DNA of 64,000 nt, taken from Eledone cirrhosa (lineage: Eukaryota). Positions 55,151 through 64,000 of this stretch are shown piece by piece. The notes under the pieces were generated by a model. That model had not been told where the DNA came from, made no database searches, and worked only from the letters and a program-made list of their open reading frames with translations. Numbering within the stretch: the stretch's first letter is position 1; each line of letters starts with the position of its first letter. The position numbers and the translations under genes are program-made. The stretch covers positions 49,848,001 through 49,912,000 of the forward strand of contig OZ024750.1 of the NCBI GenBank assembly GCA_964016885.1, in the 5' to 3' direction.

Positions 55151-55342
55151 TATCATTCCATATTTAATTATGGTCGGTATGTGTATGTTTATATATATTA
55201 CTTCTATTTTTATTCAGCATCATGTCATTCTTCATTGCTTTTCTCTAATATTATCTTCCATCAAAATAAAGTAATACAAATGCTATACTAAAACAGAGCT
55301 CTAAGACCTTGTCTTTAATATCATCCCTCCTATACTTTACAC

Positions 55343-55962
55343 TAAAGGTTCTCAACATATGCCCCCTCGGGGGGCGTTTCGTAACCCCAGAAAGGCGTTA
55401 TGCAATAATGTGGGCGTTATGCAGTGGGGTGGGGGGGGGCTTTGAAATGTTGAGGGCGCTAGAAGCGCTTTTAGTTTGGTAAGTTTTATAAGTCATATGT
55501 GTACGCCTCTAAGACAGTCAGTGATTTGAATGAAGATAACAAAGTAAGTAAATTAAAGAAGATTGTCAATGAATTCCCTAGGGAGATAGAAGAAAATCAA
55601 AAGAAATCAAAGAGAATGAAAGTAAGGACAACTTCAACAGAAATGACTGACAAGAAGAAGCAATGGTGATGAACATACACACACATACATACATGCACAC
55701 ACATATATATACACATACATAAACGCACACACATATATATATACACACAGGCCGGCGTTAGTGTTTGATGAAGTTGAGAACCTGGTCAGCTTTCAGCCAG
55801 AAGTGTGGTATTTAAACTCCCTAGGTAATAAATTCTGGCGACAAAAGTTTTCTCCTTACCAAAAAAAGAAGACGTTGATCATATCAACATCCTTACACAC
55901 TTAAATTTAAATGCACATATATAAATGCATAGCTATATACATACATAAATGTATGTATGTAG

Positions 55963-56040
<78 letters not shown>

Positions 56041-56453
56041 GTTTGAATGTGTAAAGCCAAACAATGCAGGTATGGATATAGAATAAAAATGTAAATGCAA
56101 AAGATATTTTTGACAATTAGTATTTTGCCTTAGATTTATTTATATGTCCTTAATTTTCGAGATAATATCTCTTCTTCGGAGGGAAGTAAAGCGGTTAAAC
56201 CAGTCTTCTAAATTGCTTGCCAAGACATGGCAAGCTATTTAGAAGACTGGTTTAACCGCTTTACTTCCCTCCGAAGAAGAGATATTATCTCGAAATTTAA
56301 GGACATTTAAATAAATCTAAGGTAAAAGACTAATTGTCAACCATATCTTTTGCATTTATATTTTATTCTATGTCCATACCTGCATTGTTTGGCTTTACAA
56401 ATTCAAACGTTTATACTTCATTACACAATGATTCAAGTGAACTATAACGTCCT

Positions 56454-56488
<35 letters not shown>

Positions 56489-56549
56489 TAGATAGATATA
56501 GATATATATATATATATATGTATAAATCTACATATATATATAAATATAC

Positions 56550-56645
<96 letters not shown>

Positions 56646-56831
56646 GTATATATATTTATACATATAAATCTACATACATACATACATACTTATATATATA
56701 TATATAAATCTACATACATACATACATATATACATACACACATTTACGTATGTATATAGCTATGCATTTATACATTTGTATATATATACATGCATTCATA
56801 TTTAAGTGTGTAAGGTTATATATATATATAC

Positions 56832-56870
<39 letters not shown>

Positions 56871-57520
56871 GAGCACTGTTATTTGGCGTTGTTGAAAAGA
56901 GGTGTGGCCTTTGACCGGCAATAAAAAACTGTAGACAAAAGTCTTTCTGTACCAAGGCACACACAAATGTTTGTGGATGTGTGTGTGTGTGTGTGTCTAT
57001 CTATGTTTATATATAAGGGATAAAAATATTGCTTTTTCAGTCACCAAGCTTCTCAGTTCATTCATTACTACTTATTTTGCTACGAGGTATATTATTTTGC
57101 AAGGTACTATTTTTCCCCTGAGTTTGTGATTTCAGAGAAAGGTTAGAAATTCTTCATATTTTGCATCTTTTGTATTTCGACTTTGCAGTTTCCATTGTCT
57201 ATCCACTCAAAATATTACAACAGCTAACAGTGAAATATAGAATTTAAAAGAAAAAGCTTTTTCGGCTGAGATCAAATGTTTTATTTTTATTTCAAAAATA
57301 TATAATTTGAAATAGCTTGCCTTTGTTTTGGACTGAAACTTTTTTGTATTTAATACGTACGTGTATTTTTTAAGGAATCTAAGATAACTTGATTTGGCCC
57401 AGTAATCTACTGATATCAAAATCAGTAGTATATTGAAAAATGGAAAAATAGGGTAGGGGGCGTTTCGTGATTTCCAGAGGTAAAAGGTGGCGTTTGGGCA
57501 AAATGGGTTGAGAACCTTTG
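55343..57520. mobile_element. Non-autonomous hAT (Charlie-like) DNA transposon
   Basis: TIRs taaaggttctcaac/gttgagaacctttg; perfect 8-bp TSD ctttacac at 55335-55342 and 57521-57528. Confidence 0.88.
56037..56455. mobile_element. Fold-back unit with two HHR-like motifs (56147-56183 on -, 56267-56303 on +), nested in the hAT
   Basis: Arms of about 185 bp, apex at 56225; cct-CCGAAGA-a-gagat att atctc-GAAA-(a/t)t-UA-agg. Confidence 0.75.
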
Positions 57521-57619
57521 CTTTACACTATCCATAATTCATTCCTTTATTTTCCTATTTATTTTATTACCACTATCGTCATCGTCACCATCACCATTAT
57601 TATTATTACTATTATTATT

Positions 57620-58915
57620 GCATTTATCTTGCTTTATGTTCATACGAGTTATCACCAAGTCGCAACCAGTGACCTCAAGAGACAACAAGGTCCGCCATGT
57701 TCAAGAAAGAACATACATACACACAAATGCATCTTTAGGTGTTTAGACTTGTAGTGTACTTATATTGACAGAATCTTCCTTAGTATATGGGCAGTTCCCA
57801 TTAGTACTCTCTTTTGAATTTATTCTATACGCGGGTTTCCTGGGATTTGCGATAAGTAATCATTAGACTTCTTAGGTATAAATCCATGAGCGCCTACAAC
57901 CACTGGTATTGTTTTAGTTCTTAATTTCCGCATGTTTCCAATTTCTATCTCAAGGTCCTTATACTTGCTCAATTTTTCAAAAGTTTTTATAGATACATTC
58001 TTGTCTATTGGAACGGACATATCAATTAGCAGGCATACCCTCTTTTTAAGTCCTTCAGTATTATATCAGGTCTAGTTGCATCTATTTTTCGGTCTGTTTG
58101 GATGCTACAGTTCCACAAGTTGAGATGTGATCTTTTTCAAGTACGGGAGGTGGTTCATGCTCCCACCAATTCTTTTGATGGGGCAGGTCTTACACATTAT
58201 CCAATGTATGTATTGTGCAGCTCTGTCGTGCTTGTTTAGGTATTCGGTTGGAGCTATAGGACTGCACATTGAAATTATATGATCAATGGTCTCTGGTTGT
58301 TTTTTACATACACGGCATAATGGGCTGCATACATTTTTTTATGTTGGCTTGATAATTTTTTATTGGCAGACACTTATCTTGTGCTGATATAATGAGTCAT
58401 TCAGTCTCTGATTTCAGTCCAGAGGATGCCAAACACTGATGGGTTAAAGTTTTTCTTTTTCTGTGTTTTCCATTTCAGCAGTAAATCGGACTTCTGAAAT
58501 TTGTAGTCCATTACTGTATATTTGTGTATCTTTTGTAATGGAATATGATCTTCTGACGCTTTCGTGTTTCAAAACGAGTTTGGTCATCCAATCATGTGCC
58601 TCCTTTAGATATGTAGTTAATCCAATTGTTGCAGTTTTTAAAGCAATATCTAACGGGATTAATCCACGTCCCCCTTCTTTTCTAGGGAGATATATTCTAT
58701 CTGCATCTGCCTTAGGGTGATGCATTCTGTGCATGGTTAATAATTTTCTAAATTTTATATGAAGCCTACGGATTTCTGTGCTTGACAAGTTGATGACATT
58801 GTAACTGTAGGTTACTACTGGTATGGCAAGCGTATTTATGGCATCGATCCTATTCCTTGCATTCAACACCGTTCTTAAGATTGCTCTTACTCTGCGGTAA
58901 CATTCCTTCCTTATT
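57620..58915 (-). mobile_element. 5'-truncated R4/Dong copy
   Basis: Duplicate of the 3' part of the adjacent element with an internal deletion near 58445; bounded by (TAA)n. Confidence 0.92.
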
Positions 58916-59076
58916 TTTATTATTATTATTATTATTTGCATTTATCTTGCTTTATGTTCATACGAGTTATCACCAAGTCACAAAGAGTGACCTCAAGAGA
59001 CAACAAGGTCCGCCATGTTCAAGAAAGAACATACATATTCACAGATGCATCCTTAGTGTTTAGACTTGTGATGTAC

Positions 59077-59829
59077 TTATATTGACAGGATCTTCCTTAG
59101 TATATGGGCAGTTCCCATTAGTACTATCTTTTGTATTTCTCCTATACGCGGGTTTCCTGGGATTTGCGATAAGTAGTCGTTAGACCCCTTAGGTATCATT
59201 CCCAGAGCGCCTACAACCACTGGTATTGTTTTAGTTCTCAATTTCCACATTTTTCCAATTTCTATCTCCAGGTCCTTATACTTGCTCAATTTTTCAAATG
59301 TTTTTATAGATACATTCTTGTCTATTGGAACAGACATATCAATTAGCAGGCATACCCTCCTTTGAAAGTCCTTCAATATTATATCAGGTCTATTTGCATC
59401 TATTTTTCGGTCTGTTTGGATGCTAAAGTTCCACAAGATTGAGATGTGATCTTTTTCAAGTATGGGAGGTGGTTGATGCTCCCACCAATTCTTTTGATGG
59501 GGCAGGTCAAAATGCTTACACATTATCCAATGTATGTATTGTGCAGCTCTGTCATGTCTGTTTAGGTATTCGGTTGGAGCTATAGGACTGCACATTGAAA
59601 TTATATGGTCAATGGTCTCTGGTTGTTTTTTGCATACACGGCATAATGGGCTGCATCCATTTTTTATTATGTTGGCTTGGTAATTTTTTGTTGGCAGACA
59701 CTGATCTTGTGCCGATATAATCAGTCCTTCAGTCTCCGATTTCAGTCCAGAGGATGCCAACCACTGATGGGTTAAAGTTTTGTCAACATCAGGATTGTTA
59801 GCTCGCTCTACAGAGGCTTTTCTTGCCAT
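59077..59829 (-). CDS. R4/Dong C-terminus: CCHC finger and restriction-like endonuclease
   Basis: AQDQCL, CRVC..ETIDHIISMC, RHD, RPDI..LIDMSVP..EKLSKY, PVVVGALG. Confidence 0.92.
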   Translation of the reverse strand: MARKASVERANNPDVDKTLTHQWLASSGLKSETEGLIISAQDQCLPTKNYQANIIKNGCSPLCRVCKKQPETIDHIISMCSPIAPTEYLNRHDRAAQYIHWIMCKHFDLPHQKNWWEHQPPPILEKDHISILWNFSIQTDRKIDANRPDIILKDFQRRVCLLIDMSVPIDKNVSIKTFEKLSKYKDLEIEIGKMWKLRTKTIPVVVGALGMIPKGSNDYLSQIPGNPRIGEIQKIVLMGTAHILRKILSI

Positions 59830-62707
59830 TTCTTAGCCAGTTCTGTAGCAGTTCTTTCTTTGCAGTTACTTTTACCTGCTTTGCTTTTTCTGTGTTTTCC
59901 ATTTTAGCAGTAAATGGGACTTCTGAAATGTGTAGTCCATTACTGTATCTTTGTGCATCTTTTGTAATGGAATCTGATCTTTTGGTGCTTTCGTGTTTCA
60001 AAACGAGTTTGATCATCCAATCATGTGATTCCCTTAGATATGTGGATAATCCAATTGTTGCAGTTTTCAACGCAATGTCTAACTGGATTAACCCACGTCC
60101 TCCTTCTTTCCTAGGGAGATATATTCTATCTATGTCTGCCTTAGCGTGATGCATTCTGTGCATGGTTAAGAATTTTTGGATTATTGTATCGAGCCTACGG
60201 ATCTCTGTGCTTGACCAGTTGATGACATTGTAACTGTAGGTTACTACTGGTATGGCAAGCGTGTTTATGGCATCTATCCTATTCCTTGCATTCAATTCCG
60301 TTCTTAAGATTGCTCTGACTCTGCGGTAACATTCCTTCCTTATCCTTTCCCTCATTGTCGAGTGCTTGATTCCGTCTCCTTCACAAACACCTAGATATGT
60401 GTAAGTTTTATCTTGATCAAGCTCTCTTATCACGTTCCCCCGATCAAGATTAATGTCTGAACTCTTCAGCAGCTTTCCTCTGGTGAACGTTGCTTTGGCG
60501 CATTTATCCAGTCCAAACTCCATTTTAATGTCATCACTGAACTGCTTCACAGTGGATAATAGCCCTTGCAATTGTTCATCATTTTTTGCAAATAGTTTCA
60601 GGTCATCCATGTAGAACAGGTGATTAATGGTTTTGTCATAGACTCTATATCCATGTTTTGTTTCATTGAGCATTTTACTTAATGGTATAAGTGCGATGCA
60701 GAATAAAAGCGGTGATAAAGAGTCACCCTGAAAAATTCCACAATTAATATTACCTTCTCCAGCTTCCAGTGATTTTGTTTCTCTATTCAAAAGGAGTGTC
60801 GTTCTCCATGTCCTCATACTGAATGACAAAAACCTCCTGACAACGGGGGATATTTTGAAAATCTCTAAACATTTTTCAATCCAACTGTGTGGCAAACTAT
60901 CGAATGCTTTTTTATAATCTATCCAAGCAATCGATAGATTTTTGTGTCTATTATGACAATCTTCCAGTATCATTTTGTTAACCAGAAGCTGATCCTTACA
61001 GCCATATGAGCCTCGTTTACACCCTTTCTGCTCAATGGGAAATAGGTCATTTGTTATCAGGTGGTCATATGTGTATTCAGTTAGGACTGATGTTAATATT
61101 TTATACATTGTGGTCAAGCATGTTATCGGTCTGTAATTTTGGGGATTGTTTGTCTCATCATTCTTCGGTAGCAGGAATGTAATGCCGTTAACTAGCCATG
61201 ATGGTATCTTTTCTGGCTCCTTAACTATTTCATTGTAAAGTTGGGCTAACAGCTCATGAGACCCTGTGAAGCCATTTATCCAAAAGTGTTGTATTTTGTC
61301 TTTTCCTGGGGATTTCCATTTGCTGGTTTTTCTTAGAGGCAGCTGTTCAACTGTTATATTTTCCCATGTTTGTTCTTCAAGGTGAGCTGTTTCTTTCATT
61401 TGTCTGTCTATCCATGGGGCATGTATGTTATGAACCTTTTCTTCGGCCCAGATCTTTTCCCAGAATTCTTGCACTTCCTCCTTGGGTGGTATTGATTTAG
61501 CAATTATTGTTGACTTACCAATTTTTCTGTAGAAGTTTCTTTGCTTGTTTTTGAACATATTATTGTCCTTATAGAATCTAGATCGTTTTTCAAAGCGCCT
61601 TATACGAGCAGCTTTGGCCGACACTTTTTGCTTGATTGTTTCTATCAGCATGTCTATGTCACATGTTGATCTTATACTGTACTTTTTTTTCAATTTTCTA
61701 AGTTTAGTTTGTTTAACATGTTCACCTACTTTATAGTTTGTTAAAATTTCTATGTCAGATCGGAGAAGGTTTATTTGGCGATTGATGTTATCTTGCCAAG
61801 TAGATTTCTTGTGGGAATTCCTTTGTTTTTTCATCTTCACTCCACATAAGTGAGTGGTGACTTTAGCCGATGCATAATAGAGATGATTTAAGTCAGTAAT
61901 GTTTAGTTTGTTTGTGATGATAATGTTTTTGAGAATTATGTTAGTCTTGTGTATTATCTTTTGGTTCTGTTTGGAGTTCTGGATCTTAGGGAGGGTGTCT
62001 CGTTGCCCCATGTCAGATTCTTTCATTTTCATCCATTCGATCATAATTTCATCCTTCAAGTTGGCAAGTTCATTCTCATTCATTTCTTTATCATTTACGA
62101 TCTCATTATTTTCATTTGGATTTTCATCCTGAGCATGCACTCCCTCCACTTTTTCGCTCCTTTCTTTAATTTGTTCTGTTGCCAGTGATTCCGCCCCAAC
62201 CCTGGGATTCGAAGTGTTACAGTTTACCTCGTTTTCACTGACACATGCTTCATTTTCCCTTCGCTGACTTTGTGCTACTAGCTTGATCTGATCAATTTGT
62301 ATATCAGTTAGTAACTTTTTTCTTACAATATTTCTTCCTATATTGGCTAGTTTGTTACTGTCAATATAGCCTCTGTTTTCGGGATGTTTCTTTTTCCAGT
62401 TGATATATGTTTGTTCTGTATTCGATGTATTTGATGGGTAGTACATGGCAGTGTAGAAAGCCTCAAGGACTTCTTTATTATCTTCCCTTGACCATTTTTC
62501 TCTCTTTTTCTTTGGATTTCTTGGTGGTGAGCATGGAGGGCCAACAGTAGGAGTATTCCGGTTATGGGCGGTCTCCAGCTCCGAAGTGATGGGAAGGTTT
62601 GAACCATTAGCTGATTTTTCGACCCCAGTCTGGTTCCTCTCTGAGTGACGCGGCCCTTTTTTACCCGGGTGACGGCCGATCCGGTATGAGATTTTATCAT
62701 TAGACAT
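59798..62707 (-). CDS. R4/Dong polyprotein: N-terminus and reverse transcriptase (969 aa, frameshifted at the end)
   Basis: WKSPGKD, NYRPITCL, WIDYKKAFDSLPH, GIFQGDSLSPLLF, HLFYMDDLKLF, YLG, GGRGL. Confidence 0.92.
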   Translation of the reverse strand: MSNDKISYRIGRHPGKKGPRHSERNQTGVEKSANGSNLPITSELETAHNRNTPTVGPPCSPPRNPKKKREKWSREDNKEVLEAFYTAMYYPSNTSNTEQTYINWKKKHPENRGYIDSNKLANIGRNIVRKKLLTDIQIDQIKLVAQSQRRENEACVSENEVNCNTSNPRVGAESLATEQIKERSEKVEGVHAQDENPNENNEIVNDKEMNENELANLKDEIMIEWMKMKESDMGQRDTLPKIQNSKQNQKIIHKTNIILKNIIITNKLNITDLNHLYYASAKVTTHLCGVKMKKQRNSHKKSTWQDNINRQINLLRSDIEILTNYKVGEHVKQTKLRKLKKKYSIRSTCDIDMLIETIKQKVSAKAARIRRFEKRSRFYKDNNMFKNKQRNFYRKIGKSTIIAKSIPPKEEVQEFWEKIWAEEKVHNIHAPWIDRQMKETAHLEEQTWENITVEQLPLRKTSKWKSPGKDKIQHFWINGFTGSHELLAQLYNEIVKEPEKIPSWLVNGITFLLPKNDETNNPQNYRPITCLTTMYKILTSVLTEYTYDHLITNDLFPIEQKGCKRGSYGCKDQLLVNKMILEDCHNRHKNLSIAWIDYKKAFDSLPHSWIEKCLEIFKISPVVRRFLSFSMRTWRTTLLLNRETKSLEAGEGNINCGIFQGDSLSPLLFCIALIPLSKMLNETKHGYRVYDKTINHLFYMDDLKLFAKNDEQLQGLLSTVKQFSDDIKMEFGLDKCAKATFTRGKLLKSSDINLDRGNVIRELDQDKTYTYLGVCEGDGIKHSTMRERIRKECYRRVRAILRTELNARNRIDAINTLAIPVVTYSYNVINWSSTEIRRLDTIIQKFLTMHRMHHAKADIDRIYLPRKEGGRGLIQLDIALKTATIGLSTYLRESHDWMIKLVLKHESTKRSDSITKDAQRYSNGLHISEVPFTAKMENTEKAKQVKVTAKKELLQNWLRNGKKSLCRAS

Positions 62708-63659
62708 TTACTTTATTTTGTCGCGTTTTATCCTTATCCGCCAAGGGGTAATCATTTCGTGTTACCACTTCTAGAACGAGTGTCAACAAAGACTAGAGGG
62801 GTCGTTCTCCCCTAGAGACATGGCTATTCCCCGCCGGCCGCCATCCCGCTATTTCTTGGTCACGGGGTTTTCTTTCTGTTGTTTTTTTTTTTTAAATTGT
62901 TATTATCATGAGTGGTTCCTTAATGTGAGCATTGCGTGGCTTAAGAATGAAATTATTAATAATTGTCTCCACAAGGCCAGCAATCACCCAGTGCATTACA
63001 ATAATATAATATACTTTTTGTTGTAGTTGGCTGTTATTGTTGTTGGCTATGTCGGTGGTGGTGCCGGGGCTTTTTATATTGTTGGTGAGGAAGGGGTGAG
63101 CCAGCAGTCCCATAATTGTTGATGTAGACGTTTGGCCGGTGGCAAGGTCACCAAGTCAATCTATTTATATCTTTTGCTAGCCTCTCTCTTGTCTAGTGAT
63201 ACCGCCACCTTCCCTTTTCTCTCTCAAGTTAACAGGGGAATAGTGTCAGTAGCATTGAATGAGTGGTGGCGGCGATGATGGATGTGGTGGGGTGGCGGCA
63301 GCGGTGGTGTTGTGGTTACTGATATAGTATCTATGAGTTTGTGTTCGTATGTTTAATATATATTTTTATTATATTTTGTGTTGACATATTCCCGTAAAAT
63401 TTGAATTAAACATTTTTTAAAATTTGAGACAATAATAATAGTAATTATTATTATGATACTGGTGAAATTGCCGTTATCTGGCTGTTATATTTAGTGTGAT
63501 GGGATAGGTAGTGTATCAAGTTTCTGGTGTTGGTAAAATTGAAATTGCTGCTGTTCTATATAGTGTAGACAGAGGGTGTTTTGTTCCATTTATAACCATT
63601 TTCTTTTTTTGAATACAAAATATATAATACAAAATTGAATATTATTATTATTATTATTA

Positions 63660-63865
63660 TTCAAATCCCGCCGAGGTTGACTTTGCCTTTCATCCTTACG
63701 GGGTCGATAAAATAAAGTACCAGTAATGCACTGGGTAATTGCTGGCCTTGTGCCTAAAGTAGAAACAATTATTATTATTATTATTATTATTAATAGTATT
63801 ATTATTATAAAGTACCAGTAATGCACTGGGTAATTGCTGACCTTGTGCCAAAAGTAGTAACAATT
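63660..63865 (+). mobile_element. Truncated SINE copies in (TTA)n
   Basis: ccgaggttgactttgcctttcatccttacggggtcgataaaataaagtaccag and a duplicated tail. Confidence 0.8.
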
Positions 63866-64000
63866 ATTATTATTATTATTATTGCCGACCTACGTAGGAA
63901 ATCGTATTATCGTGAGCTCCCCAAAGGTTTGTTATTTCAGTTGTTTCAAATTGCCTGTTATGGAATGTTTTTGTTGTTACGTGTTTATAAGTTCACATAT

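Larger units (their letters stand above)
58936..62875 (-). mobile_element. Near full-length R4/Dong non-LTR retrotransposon
   Basis: Single long ORF broken once near 59810-59840; structured 5' UTR; 3' UTR ends in (TAA)n. Confidence 0.95.

Overview
AT-rich eukaryotic non-coding (intergenic or intronic) DNA packed with (TA)n, (CA)n, (GA)n and (TAA)n microsatellites and decayed retroelements. The SINE and MITE types and the repeat style resemble a cephalopod (octopus-like) genome; this is an inference. No intact host gene is supported; one weak exon candidate lies near 47.3 kb. Recognisable elements: a near full-length R4/Dong LINE plus three partial copies, a full-length degenerate L1/Tx1 LINE, several RTE and CRE fragments, about eight Penelope-like element (PLE) RT or GIY-YIG remnants, tRNA-type SINEs, a piggyBac-like MITE and a hAT element with an 8-bp TSD. 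The most notable signal, found by manual folding, is a dense set of more than 20 type I hammerhead ribozyme (HHR) or HHR-like motifs from about a dozen unrelated sequence families. Most sit in short non-coding fold-back (palindromic) or tandem units embedded in (TA)n. They include a retrozyme-like 441-nt tandem unit, HHRs with very long stem II or stem III inserts, U3-A8 core-covariant HHRs, and half-hammerheads whose palindrome apex lies in stem II. Element boundaries are read by eye and approximate; no folding program or database search was run.
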